Source: Felis catus
Taxonomy: Eukaryota
Length of the DNA: 64,000 nt
Direction of reading: 5' to 3'
NCBI RefSeq assembly: GCF_018350175.1
Contig: NC_058373.1
Span: 99,450,001 to 99,514,000 of the forward strand
In this document: piece after piece, positions 50,710-63,040 of the stretch
How the letters are laid out: every line of letters begins with the position of its first letter
Position numbering within the stretch: the first letter of the stretch is position 1
The notes under the pieces: model-generated
What the model was told of the DNA's origin: nothing
The model's database searches: none
What the model saw: the letters and a program-made list of their open reading frames with translations, nothing else
Program-made: the position numbers and the translations under genes

Positions 50710-52135
50710 TGCTTGCTTTCTTGCTTTCTTTAAGCACACACACTTAAAGATGGCAGAGGTGGAGCGGGGGTGGGGGGGGGGAGGCACTAAGTGTACTTGT
50801 TATTTTTGTAGTTGTGGATCGTTTCATTAGCAAACTCGACTGTTCCGAAAACAAAAGGCAGAGGATGCTTTCTAGAACGTCTCAAAGCTAGGAAACCATA
50901 ACTTCTGCTGAATGTCAACAAAGCCTACTCTGCATCGTATCTCTACATAATACATACTACATCATCAATTAATGTTGATTCCGTAACTTCAGAGTACCCC
51001 ATTTGTCAGAATCAACAAAGTTCGGCTAGGGAAAGAAAAGTACTCGAGGAAGGAGAAAGGACCTGTTGTAATAATCTAAGCTTTCAAAGCTCCTGGCATT
51101 GATTACCTATGGCAAATGTGAGGAAGGAAGCATCCTGGTTGAGTTTAGAGAAATTTTGTAAGATAAGGAGGAGGGGGGTCCTAGAGACTTCGAGGGAACT
51201 GAAGGGAATGGGGGAAGAAGGGAGGGAGAAAGTAAACAGAGCTGTGAAGGGGAGTGTCTGGCTTTTACTGCAGGGCCTGGGAATTTAGCACTTTATTTTA
51301 TTCATTCTTTCAGTCAATCAGTCAATAAATTCATTCCAATGAAAATGTATTCAGTGCCTTTTATATGCCATCCCTGAGCCAAGTGCTTACTAGACAGGTG
51401 ATAAGCCTTTATTTAATCCACTTGTCTCCACTAAAACAGGCCAATAGGAGGGTTTTAGATAGAATTTATGATCCCAAAGTACAGGCCAAAAGAGGTTGGC
51501 TGTTCAAAAACTACCCACACACCAAATGATCTCTTTTGAAGTTCTCTGTCTCGGCCCCACAAAATTCTACATCTAATTGCTAAAGAGCACACTTCATGCA
51601 GTCCTGAAGGGGTCCTCCTCCCAAAGTACCCCTCGACTGGCTTCCAGACTGGAAGGGTCTTCACATTCCTGGAGACTAGCGCCTTTGCAAGAACCCCACA
51701 TGCTCTGTCTCTGAAGACAAACCTTCAGATGGGCCGCCAAACCCCACAAAAGGGTCACTGGTTCCCAACTTCCTTAGGATCCCAGGGAGGAGAGAGTGAC
51801 CTCTGTGGGAAGAGGGGCAGCACAGGAAGGATCAGGGCCAGTGGCTGCCTTGTTTCAAGGTTTCTGCCATCTTGTTATCAGAAAGAGAGACAAGCCAGAG
51901 TCATCAGTAGAAACCAGGCAGGGTCTGACTCTCCCCTGCAGGTATGGGACATCACCAATCAGTGTTGACGCTCAGCAGAGCCATGCTGGCAGATATAAAA
52001 CATGCCCTTCTACAAACTTCTGAGTTTACAATTCATGCAATTGATTTCGGTCATCTGGCAAAAAATCAGAACAGTGCCAGCCAGCCTTGTCCCAAATAAG
52101 TTTGCCTATAGTGAATTACAAAAATTACAATGAAA

Positions 52136-52790
52136 GGGGCACCTGGGTGGCTCAGTCAGGGTTAAGCGTCTGACTCTTGGTTTGTGCTCAGGTCATGATC
52201 TTGTGGTTCATGGGTTTGAGCCCTGCATCGAGCTCTGTGCTAACAGTGCGGAGCCTGCTTAGGATTCTCTCTCTGCTTTTCTCTCTTTCTGACTCTCCCC
52301 TGCTCCCTCTTCTCTCTGTCTCTCTCTCAAAAATAAATTAAAAAAACTCGGGGTGTCTGGGTGGATCAGTTGGTTAAGTGTCCAACTTCGGCTCAGGTCA
52401 TGATCTCATGGTTTGTGAGTTCAAGTCCTGCATCCAACTCTGTGCTGACAGCTCAGAGCCTGGAGCCTGCTTTGGATTCTGTGTCTCCCTCTCTCTCTGC
52501 CCCTCCCCTGTTCATGCTCTGTCTCTCTCTCAAAAATAAATAAACATTTAAAATAAATATATACATGGGGCGCCTGGGTGGCGCAGTCGGTTAAGCGTCC
52601 GACTTCAGCCAGGTCACGATCTCGCGGTCCGGGAGTTCAAGCCCCGTGTCAGGCTCTGGGCTGATGGCTCAGAGCCTGGAGCCTGTTTCCAATTCTGTGT
52701 CTCCCTCTTTCTCTGCCCCTCCCCCGTTCATGCTCTGTCTCTCTCTGTCCCAAAAATAAATAAACGTTGAAAAAAATAAATAAATATATA
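52136..52790 (+). mobile_element. Three head-to-tail CAN-SINEs (starting at 52136, 52350, 52567)
   Basis: Three complete head-body-CT-tail units. Confidence 0.93.
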
Positions 52791-54508
52791 CATACATACA
52801 TACATACTTACTTACCAAAATCTTTAAAAAAAATGAAAATTAAGAAGTAGGATAACTCCCTATAAGTGTCACAAAATTCTCTTTCCTGTCTGTCTTCCTT
52901 AGGGTCACATGTTCTCTACAGCGGTGGCATCACTGACTTCTGGCCTCCAGTGTTTGGTGCAAGCACTAATCTCCACTCTTTAACAGGTTTCTCCATCTCC
53001 CAGTACCTATACATTGCCGTCACACACAAGACTTCCCTTCATTCATTTTTATGCCCTAAATCCTACAGAGATAAATTCTCTAGTCTCTAACGTGACATCA
53101 TTCCTGACTCTTAGCCTTTAGCAAAACTTCAGCATTTCATTAACCAATTTCCATATATGTCTCTGTTTAGTGCATCTTCACAACTATATCTTAGAGTCAG
53201 GTTAAACTCTTTCAGATAGAACCTCAGACTTCTCCTCTTCTGGACTTCAGCTCCAGAAGTCAGTGACCTACAAAAAAGTCCTGCTTTTACCTCCCATTTT
53301 CTCTGTGGACCCACCCCTTCCATCAACCACAATCATCCTGTGACACAAGTCAACACACCTTGTCCCCATAGTGAGGCCTCCGAAGTGCAACCTTCCGCCC
53401 ATCTTGTGCAATCCCTTCATCCATTTCTCCGGCCTCAGGAAAAGCCTCACTTGGAACAATTTCTCCTGCTGCCTTATTCTCAAGGTCCATTCTTGCCGTC
53501 TTTCCAGCCCAACTTAAATTCCAACAGAACATCCCCCCATGTCACACAGATCTGTGTGACCCAGTTCTCCATAACTCCCATCACTCAAACAACAACAAAA
53601 CAATACCTCCCTCCCCCCAAAACCATAGCTAAAGTAAACACTAGTCCTCTTTACCTCCATCAACAAGTTCTTTGAAGGCCAATACCATGACTGCTTTGCC
53701 CTATGAGGTACCTAAGACAGTTCAAGGAATCTCAGATTACCTGAACTGATAAACACTACTCATTTTTTTCTTTCTTTCTTTTTTTTTTTAAGTTGCAATC
53801 ACCCCTGGCCATTCCTGCAACATCAGGTACCATGCCCTGTCATACCCACCATGAATATCCATGGACAGAAAGGGCAACAACTGAAATTGTTTTACATGGT
53901 AAAGATGCCATTCCTTTGATATCTTCAAGTTTCCGGCAACTCTGTGACATCAGGTTAGCGTGTCAGGGTTCAAGAAAGCCACACAGAACTCACGCAGTGC
54001 TTCAGGCAAGGCAGATTACTGCTTGCCAAAACCTATCTCCAAAGAACTATTAAAATAAGAACTCAAATCACAGGGCTCTTTAAAGTATTCAGAAGAACCT
54101 TCCATGCGGGTAACTGAAAAAAACATCCTCTCTCCAAACAGAAGAACCCTTATCTCCTTTCGAAATGAAACAAATCCCAAAGCCAAATGAGCATATGGCG
54201 ATGTCTGAGGAATGATTTTAACTAGAAAAGTAAAAGAGAGACGGAATCTACAAATCTTCTTGTACTTCCCACCCAAAAGAGACCAGACAAAAGTTGCAAT
54301 TCAGAAAACCTAGTATTTAAAGAATCCTTATGCAAAGGGCTTACATCACAGTGTCCTTACAAGATAGAAAAATTAAAAAACTAGAATCTGGTCCTATCAA
54401 GCCAACACAAAGGAACACAGATTGGCTGAGCAACCATACCCACTAGGTCTAGAGGGATATAAGGACTACTTAAAAATGTCATCCTACCTAAAAATGCCAC
54501 ATTAGTTA

Positions 54509-54708
54509 GGGGCGCCTGGGTGGCTCCTAGTCAGTTAAGCGACCAATTCTTGATTTCGGATCAGGTCATGATCTCACGGTCATGGTGTCGGGCTCTGCAC
54601 TGATCATGAAGCCTCCTTGGTATTTTCTGTTTCTCCCTCTCTCTCTGCTTCTCTCTCTCTCTCTCTCTCTTTGTTAAAATAAATAAATAGAATTTAAAAA
54701 TATGTTTA
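54509..54708 (+). mobile_element. CAN-SINE
   Basis: TSD aaaaatgccacattag. Confidence 0.9.
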
Positions 54709-55431
54709 AAAAATGCCACATTAGCTAATTCTCACAACAATCCTGTAAGGTAGGCATTGCTCCCACATTTTACAGGTGAGAAAACTAAGAATGAGGCTGA
54801 ATCATTACTTCCAAAGTCACTGGATAACCTTTCATAATCCACATCTTCTTTCAAGATGTTTTTATATCGTCATTGTCTTGACAACCACCTGAAAGTTGGG
54901 TGAGAGAGCAGTATTCCTATGCTACAGATGGAACTGAAAAAATAATGAACAAATTCACCTTGTCTGTATTGTAATTTTTGGTTTCAAATGAGCTCTGATA
55001 AAAATGGAATTGTAAAACTCGACTGTGATTTCACCGAACCAGCACTTCTGTGTAACTGTTCATCTCCCTGATTCAGCCTCACTCAATTCAACATCATCTG
55101 TCTTTATTCTACTGAAAAGTAAGACAGATGCAGCTGAATTCTCTTCAGAGCATTGGAATACTAATTTAGAAGTAATAAGGCATCAATAGCATCCTTGGCA
55201 GCCAATTTCATTGCAAGTTCATTCTTCCTTTGAATGAAATATGATTCCAAGCATTCTTTTGGTACTAAGATCACACCGAGCCTTATTTATTGGAAGTCTG
55301 TGGAAAAAGCACAATTATTATTGTGCCCACCAACATCACTCGAGCCAAGGAAATGGGTCTCGCGTGAAAAATCTGGGTTAAAAGCAGTAAAACAAAGCAA
55401 AACAAAACAAAACAAAACAAAAAAAACAACT

Positions 55432-55545
55432 GGGGTACCTGGCTGGCTCAGTCAGTAGAGCATTCGACTCTTGATCTCAGGGTTGTGAGTTCAAACCCTC
55501 ACTGGGTGTAGAGGTTACTTTAAAATAAAGGCAATTAAAAAAACT
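55432..55545 (+). mobile_element. Short old CAN-SINE (tRNA-Lys-like)
   Basis: ggctggctcagtcagtagagcattcgactcttgatctcagggttgtgagttcaaaccc. Confidence 0.8.
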
Positions 55546-56094
55546 AAGAATCAAGAAATGTGTCCTCTAAGCCTGACTTTGCCTAACGAGGAGAATTCTG
55601 GACAACTGTATTATCTTCTATTTGCCATTATCTGTGAAATGCAAACATAATTCTTATCTTGTAGGACTGTTGTGGGAAGACAGTATGATAAAATAATTGT
55701 TTCAAGAATTAAGTAGATAGCTTGAATAAACAACATATATAGTAATTGTTTTAGTAATCTTTCCTTTGAGCCCTTACCCTCTCAATACAGACAAAAAGAA
55801 CTTTAGAAAAAAAAAAATCAATCCCCTGCTTAAAATCCTTCAAAACCCTTCCCACTGCCAAAGAACCAAGTCCAAACTCCCAGCAGAACATGATCTGTCC
55901 CCACCCCATGGCCTTTTCATCCTCATGCCCAACAACCGTTCTTCTTCAGTAATAATGCACCACATGCAATGCCCAAAACACATTATACTTTACAGCACAT
56001 GGGTGATATGTCACATGCTATTTCTTCTGAGACTGTCCCACTAAGCTCAACTCAGATTCAAAACTACTTTCTCATTAAAACCTTCCCAGATTGA

Positions 56095-56327
56095 GGGGCA
56101 CCTGGATGGCTCAGTCGGTTAAGCGTCCGACTTCGGCTCAGGTCATGATCTCGTGGTTCACGGGTTCCAGCCCTGCGGACTCTCTGCTGACAGCTCAGAG
56201 CCTGGAGGCTCCTTCAGATTCTGTATCTCCCTCTCTCTCTGCCCCTTTCCAGCTCATATTCTTTCTCTCTCTCTCTCTCTCTCTCTCAAAATAAATAAAA
56301 AACATTTTTAAAAAATTTAAAAAAAAA
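56095..56327 (+). mobile_element. CAN-SINE inserted in an L2 remnant
   Basis: TSD aaaacctt(c/t)ccagattgag. Confidence 0.92.
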
Positions 56328-56894
56328 CCAAAACCTTTCCAGATTGAGTCCCCTAATCAGGAAGGGTCAGAGTTAGTCTTCTTAAGTGAAGATGCTATTA
56401 CACTTATCATATTATATTACACACAATCAATGTCCTCACTAAAACTATGAGGTCTTTGGGAGTAAAGAGTATTTCCTTTCATTGTGTCTATACCAGTTCT
56501 GAAATATAGTTAGTGTACAAAAAACAATTTGTTGGATGAATAAATCTTAACTACATTTAAATATAAATTACTTATACACACACATACATATCTGCCACAT
56601 ATAAGACATATGTTTACAAAAAGAGACTGGAAGAAAACACAAAGTATTAGCAGTGGTAACCTCTGGTTACTGAAATTGTAAATAATATTTGTTTTCTTAT
56701 TTTCTACGCTTTTTATTATAGGTGTGGTATATTTAATTGCAGGTAAGTGTTTTGAACTGATATACAGAAACGAATGGATGAGTGAATGAATGAATGCAAC
56801 ATAATGATGGGGAGCCTTACCTTATTCATCTTTCTCCAACCCCCCACCTAGCCCAATGCCCTGCACTAAGAAAGTGCTCAATATATTTGTTTGA

Positions 56895-57112
56895 GGGGCG
56901 CCTGGGTGGCGCAGTCGGTTAAGCGTCCGGCTTCAGCCAGGTCACGATCTCGCGGTCCGGGAGTTCGAGCCCCGCGTCAGGCTCTGGGCTGATGGCTCAG
57001 AGCCTGGAGCCTGCTTCCGATTCTGTGTCTCCCTCTCTCTCTGCCCCTCCCCCATTCATGCTCTCTCTCTGTCCCAAAAATAAATAAACGTTGAAAAAAA
57101 AAATTTTTTTTA
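56895..57112 (+). mobile_element. Young SINEC_Fc
   Basis: TSD aatatatttgtttga. Confidence 0.95.
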
Positions 57113-57773
57113 AATATATTTGTTTGAATTGACTGTATTCTGTTGAATTGAATAATTGAAATGTCAAACCCACATCTGTAAAAAAAAAAAAAAAAATTAC
57201 TCAATGAACAAAACTAAATGTTGCCTGACAAAAATTAAATGTCAAAAAAAAAAAAAAAACCACCACAAATTCAAACACTTTTTTCTAGATCTTTTCAGAA
57301 TAGCCTTCTGGGCATATTTCTCTTACAGAACACAAAACAAGAATAGCCACCATCTTGAACTACTCAGGGAGTGTGGACAAGCTACCTGATCTTGATCTTT
57401 CAGGGAGGATATGTGCCATCATTCCACAGCTAAGAAACATAATGAGTTAAAATAGAGATAAATTATAAGAGTTTCAGCCCTTCGAGTATGCCATTTTAGA
57501 TTCAGGTCTAATTTCACAGGAGCCCTTACCTATTCTAAGAATGAGGCAGTTCACCATTTGCCAAGCTACCCTGAGCCCACCTGAGGTCCATTTGGAGTAT
57601 TTAGATCTTGCTGCCAAGCCTAAAGACTGAGCGCTTGGGTTGTTTTAGTTGCTCAGGTAGACACTATAAAACAAATGGAGGGCAGTCCCCTGTAAACTAG
57701 GGTGCACGTAAACTAATATCTGCAGGGCAATTTGGCAAAAGCCATCAAAAACCTTATGGAAAGTGTATTCCCA

Positions 57774-58236
57774 GGGCGCCTGGGTAGCTCAGGCGGTTGA
57801 GCATCGGACTCTTAATTTCACTCAGGTCATGATCTCACAGTTCCTGGGATGGAGCCCTGTGAGGGACTGTGTGCTGACAGCACAGGGCCTGCTTGGGATT
57901 CTCTCTCTCATGCTCTCTGTCCCTACCTAACTTGTTTGTGCGTGCGTGCACACACGCACACGCACACACACACACACTCATAACACACTCTCTCTCAAAG
58001 TAAATAAGCTTTCTTAAAAAATAAAAAAAAAATAGGGGCGCTTGTGGCTCTGTCGGTTAAAGGCCCAACTCTTGATTTCGGCTCAGGTCACGATCTTATG
58101 ATTCGTGGTTTCAAGCCCCACCGTTGGGCTCTGTGCTGGCAGCATGGAGATTGCCTGGGATTCTCTCTTTCTCCCTCTCTTTCTGCCCCCCCCCCCCACT
58201 CTCTCTGTTTCAAAAATAAATAAACTTTAAGATGAA

Positions 58237-58291
<55 letters not shown>

Positions 58292-58295
58292 ATAG
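57774..58295 (+). mobile_element. Two tandem CAN-SINEs with a (TAAA)n tail, inside an old L1M fragment (about 57690-58810)
   Basis: Heads at 57774 and 58035; flanking duplication aaagtgtattc; L1M motifs gggcaatttggcaa, caattccacttcctag. Confidence 0.87.
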
Positions 58296-59100
58296 AAAAT
58301 AGAAAAAGTGTATTCTTTCTTGCCCGTCAATTCCACTTCCTAGACTATCCAGTAAGGACATGTGCAAAAAATTTAGCTAAAAAAAAAAAAGTGCTTCACC
58401 AAATTATTCATAATGATGAAAAACTGGAAATAATCTTAATGACCACTGAACACAGTGGTCAATTCACTGTGTGGAATATTATACAGATATTATAAATGAT
58501 GTCAGAGAAATGTATTTCGTGACAATGAAATATATTGACAATATACTATTTAGTGGAAAAAATAGTTTACAAAACAGTGTGTGCAGTGTGAACCCATTAT
58601 TGTTAACAGACAGTCACAGATAAAAATACAGATATTAATAGGGGAAAAAAACCTCCGGAAAATATAAATGAAAATGTTTAACAGTGATTATCTTTGAGTG
58701 CTGGGAAAATGAGAGGTTGTTCTTTAAATTGCCTGTATTTGCTGATGTTTTTCCTTCAATGAACATATAATTAGAAATAATTCTTGTATACTTAGAGGTG
58801 ATTCTAAAAATAAACAACCAAACAGTGAACCGCCTTGTGTTCGGAGGGCCTTCCGCATCTGCCCTGGGGCCCTCCGATCCCTTTGCTAGAATTCTGTAGC
58901 CACCTCTCAGATCCTCAGAGGATGCCTAAAGAAGCCTTCTCCACTTCCCAGTCACTCCAGCCCAAGTGCCACCACAAGATACAGCAGGTTCAGCAAGAGA
59001 GCAGACCCCGAAGAAACTCCAAGCCAGTCCCTGAGTTCCAGCCCAGAGTTCAAACCCATCCCTCCACTGGCCCAGCGGCCCAGCACTCCTGGTCAGTTAC

Positions 59101-59409
59101 CTCTTCCGAGGGCGGCGCCCGGCGTGTGGTCTCCTCGTAGGCGCCCACCTGCTTCCAGGTGACCAAGAAGGTGTGGGTGGGGGTGAAGTGCGCGGCGGTG
59201 CGCGGGAAGCCTGAGCGCACGTAGCGGGCAGCCAGGTCCAGCACGGCCCGGGACGTGTCCTCACGGTACAGGACCTGGCCCCGGCCCTGGCTCGTGTCGA
59301 TGTCTGCCAGGAAGGGAGCAATGGCCGGGAAGTCTGTGGGGAAATCATCGTCCACGTACTGGGTTTCCCTAGGGAAGTCCTGAGTGGAGATGATACCGTT
59401 GGTGCCCAC
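59101..59409 (-). CDS. NID2: NID2 exon 2 (G1/NIDO)
   Basis: cag|[38 protein letters not shown]...APPSEE|GTAACT; 309 nt. Confidence 0.95.
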
Positions 59410-60064
59410 CTGTGGGAGGAGGGGGACAAAGGTGACGGTCGCGTACGCGGCAGGAGGCCCACGGGCGGCCACCAAAGGTCCAAATGTGTGCGCCCACCCT
59501 GCTCCACATGGAGGGAAGGCAACCGGCCCGGGCTTTAAGCTCCCCCTTCCCCACCGGCTGGGAGCCCGATTCCTGATTCAGGGCGACCAGCGCAACTTTA
59601 GCCGCTGTCCCACCAACCCCCTCTACCCCCACGGAGGGGTGCGATAGGTCCAGGAGCCCTAAAGTATCTTCTCACTTTCCGCACCACGCTGGAGGAGACC
59701 TCCGGGTCCGAGGAGGGAATACACCAGCTCTGCACCCGCGCACAGCCTTCTCGAGGTCCTTACTGGAAACCCCACTGGCCGCCCCAGCATCCCCACCTCC
59801 TTTTCCGCCTGGGACGCTTCTGTGGCTGCGAATTTGTGGGTCTGAATTCTTGCTCTTCCTCTCGAGGTAGAGAAAAGCAAGTCAGACAGCAGCATCGCTG
59901 CAAAGCCAGCTCCCACCCCAGGGGCGCTCGGGGACAGCAGGGCGTGCGGACTATTTCCTCCCCCTCGGAAGGCAGGGGTTCGGTGAGAGCCACACCACAC
60001 GCACCCCTGGGAAGAAGCTGCGAGACATCTGCCGGTTCCCACACCAAGCGGGGGCTGAACTTAC

Positions 60065-60280
60065 GTAGAGGTAGCTGAACTGAGCTTCGTAGAAGCGCAA
60101 GGGACTCGCCAGCTTCACCGCGGCTGAGCTTTCGTCGTCGCCCTCCTGCAGGAGCTGGTCCCCCCAAGACTGCCCGTAGGGGAAGAGCTCGTCCGGGCGC
60201 AGCGCCGCGGCCCGGGACAGCAGCAGCAATAACAGCAGCGGCAGCAGCGGCGGCGGCGGCAACGCCCGGTCCCCCCGCAT
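60065..60280 (-). CDS. NID2: NID2 coding exon 1 (signal peptide, start of G1)
   Basis: [36 protein letters not shown]...FSYLY; donor TAC|GTAAGT; 216 nt, phase 0. Confidence 0.95.
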
Positions 60281-61954
60281 GCTGGCTCGGCTCCTGGGCT
60301 GCCCCGCCGCAGAGCGCGTCCCGGCCCGGCCCGCCAGCCCGCTAGTTGCGCCTCGCCAGCCTCCAACCTGGATCCCCGCGGGCGCCCGGGCGGGCGGGGA
60401 CTCCGGGCCCTCGCAGCGCGCAGACTGGCTGCGGCCCTCGGCCGGGGACCAATCGCCGGCTCGGGGAAAGTTCGACAGCGGCTGCCACATCTGGTTCTCG
60501 TTAAAAGTTTTTTAAGGCAGCGGTCGCGGGAGCAGCGGGGCTGGCGAGGTAGAAGCCTCCGGCCAGGGCTGCCGGGAGGGCTGCTCCGCTCCGCTCCGCC
60601 TCCGCAACCCGAGAGCGGCCGGGCTCGCTCCCGCCCTCCTTCAGGGGCTGCTCCGCGGGACCTACGAGCCCCTCCCCCAAGACCAAATGGCCCTCCAAGT
60701 CCGAGGGCAGCGGCGCCGCAGGAGAGGACTTCAGCGCCAAGGGGGAACCCCGCGGTGGCGTGTGCAGCTGCAGGCTGGCAGGGCGACGGGGTGGTGGTGG
60801 GGTCCCGGGCGCCCCTCGCTCTCGAGGCATAGTCGCAGCCACAGCTCCGTGGCTCCACCCGGAGATGCCCTGCGGAGAAGCGTGCCTTTGTATGGAGATG
60901 AACGGGGGCGGGGGGAGGTGTAATTCCTAAATTCCGACCCCCCGTCCAAAGGCCACCGACGGGGAAGACTGGGCTGCCCGGCCGAAATACCCACTCGTCA
61001 GGGTCAAGAGGCGCCGTTTAAAAAGAGAGTGGGAGAGAGAGAGCGCTGTTTACCTTCCCCGGGGAAAACGGCACCTGGGAAGGCCATGAAACACTACTGT
61101 GTGTGATGGGCTCCATTTGGGGCATGGAATGAAGCATCCTCTTTGGGCACCTAGCGGAAATGGGCGAGGCGCCAGGGTGGGGGTACGCTGGGTCTCTCAC
61201 CCCGTGAGCAGGGAGGTGGTAACCTGAGCCGGTCCCTGGGACTGGAAACCGCACAGCCTCGAGACCAGCTGCTAGGTGTGGGGGAACCCCATCCACCACA
61301 CATATCCCCTCTGTGACGAATCAGGAGCCAGCGAGATTTTATTACCACTTTTATTATCAGGAGCTTGAAATTTCCCAGATAGTCTGTTTTCTCTCTTTGC
61401 CCGCCCCCCCTCCCTCCCCGCACCATGGGGTCGTTGGAAACAAAGGTATTTAAAAAGAAGGAAAAAAAGCAAACCCTTGGAAACGCCTTAAGTAAGGGGT
61501 GTTCAAAAGGCACATTTCTTTTTGTGGGTGTTTATTCCAGTTATACAAATCCTTCTGGGCCCGCAGGGCCAAACCCTGAAAACTCTGAAGAGATCAGACT
61601 GTGAGACTCACAGAATCAACACAAAATGGAAAACTGGCCCAAAGCAGTCGGCTTCCTCCCACTGTGAAGAGTTGTATATTTGTTGTGACTAAAATGTGCT
61701 TGCACATTTACATTCTCATTTCTTTGGGACATGGGTATTTTCATTGGACGGAGGAGGAAATAAAGGCTCAAGGACATGAGGTGATTTGATTTAGCCAAGA
61801 TTGCCAAAAGTTACTCTTTGATAGAAAATCCTTCACTAGCTTTCTCTAGGTTTTCCAGATCTCTCAATTCAGCATAATAAAAATAACATTTGTTCGGTGG
61901 TAATATAAGCTACAGGTTAATAGGTAATAAGCTATAAGCTACTAGCTATAGGCC

Positions 61955-62448
61955 CTCCCTAAATCCCCCCAAAATCCCCATTTCATGGTATTCATTCTCT
62001 TGTATAATCCCATCCCTCCCCCCTCCAACCTCCCAGAGTATGGGCTGGCCTAGTGACTTTTCACCTACAGAATGTGGTAATAGTGACAAGAAGTCACTTC
62101 AGTAACCGTCTCTCACTGACTGATGAAGCAAGCTGTTACGCTGGGGAGGCCCACATGGCAAGGAACTGAGGGCAGCCTCTGGCCAATAGCCAGCCAGGCA
62201 CTGAATTCTGCCAACAATCACCATGTAAGTGAACTTGGAAATGGATCCTTCTCCAGTCATGTCTGAGATGACACCTCATCTCTGGCTGACACTTTGCGGC
62301 CTTGTGGGAGACCCTGACGCAGAGGACCCTACTCAGCAGGGCCCAGGTTCCGGACACATAGAAACTGTGAGAATTTAATAAACGTGAGTTGTTTTATGCT
62401 GTTACGGTTTGGGATAATGTCTTATGCTGCACTAGAGAAGTGATACAG
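61955..62448 (+). mobile_element. MLT1-family LTR
   Basis: ggaggcccacatggcaaggaactgagggcagcctctggccaatagccagc...cagaggaccc...gaaactgtgaga...ttgttttatgctg. Confidence 0.87.
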
Positions 62449-62599
62449 CTAGAAACTGTGTTAAGGAAACAAAGACTTAGAGGAGTTTAAAAAACTCAGT
62501 CACGAGGCTGGGAAGTACCAGAGCTGGGATCTGAACGCAGTTCTGCCTGATTTCTAAACCTCTGCCGAGGCACTAAATCATACTGCCACAAGGCCCTTT

Positions 62600-63040
62600 C
62601 TTTGTGAGGCAGTTGTAGCCTACCTCTCTAACTTCGGCTCTGGCCACACAGCTGCCCTTTCAGCCGAGACTTTAGTCCTAACAGCCTCCTATTTTATGGT
62701 TTGGAACATCTTCACATGCTCGTCCCTCTACCCCGAATGCTCTTCCCAATCAGCCTCCTCTACCCGTCACTCATCCTTCAACGCTAGAATAAAAAAATCC
62801 TTCTCCTTCAGGAAGCTTTCCTGAAAACCACAGTCTGATTTAGAATCTCCATGTGCCCTGTGCCCGTCGTTATCATGCTGTCCATCACACCATATCTCCC
62901 ACAATTCCCGATTGCCTCATGTCCCCCTCACCACCACCACCACACCTTGAGAGCAGGGACTGCTATTCAGGGCTTGCCGCAACACTTGCCCGGCTCCTTG
63001 GCACAAGCTTAGAAAAATGTTTGTTGAATGGGTGAAAGCA
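62600..63040 (+). mobile_element. L2 remnant
   Basis: ccttctccttcaggaagctttcctga...ccttgagagcagggactg...aaatgtttgttgaatg. Confidence 0.7.

Larger units (their letters stand above)
114..60280 (-). other. NID2: Nidogen-2 gene, coding span of exons 1-15 (3' part continues beyond window start)
   Basis: 15 exons with GT-AG sites join in frame (3501 nt, 1167 aa) into the nidogen domain order signal-G1-linker-EGF-G2-4xEGF-2xTY-G3; two TY repeats and the long linker distinguish NID2 from NID1. Confidence 0.98.
59100..61020. promoter_or_regulatory. CpG island / NID2 promoter region
   Basis: Very high GC and CpG density over exons 1-2 and upstream; GC boxes (GGGGCGGGG near 60904, GGGCGG near 60390); TATA-like TTAAAAA on the minus strand at about 60509-60515; CCAAT near 60449. 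Confidence 0.88.

Noticed and set aside
52136..52790. Repeat-spacer-like periodic array
   Set aside because: Tandem SINEs in a eukaryotic intron, not a CRISPR array
55432..55510. tRNA-Lys-like sequence
   Set aside because: Head of an old CAN-SINE followed by an A-rich tail; acceptor stem not intact
60269..60277. RGD tripeptide at NID2 residues 2-4
   Set aside because: Inside the cleaved signal peptide, so it cannot act as an integrin ligand
60115..60858. 247-aa ORF and other ORFs across the promoter
   Set aside because: Stop codons are depleted in the CpG island; Arg/Gly/Pro/Ala-rich and out of frame with NID2
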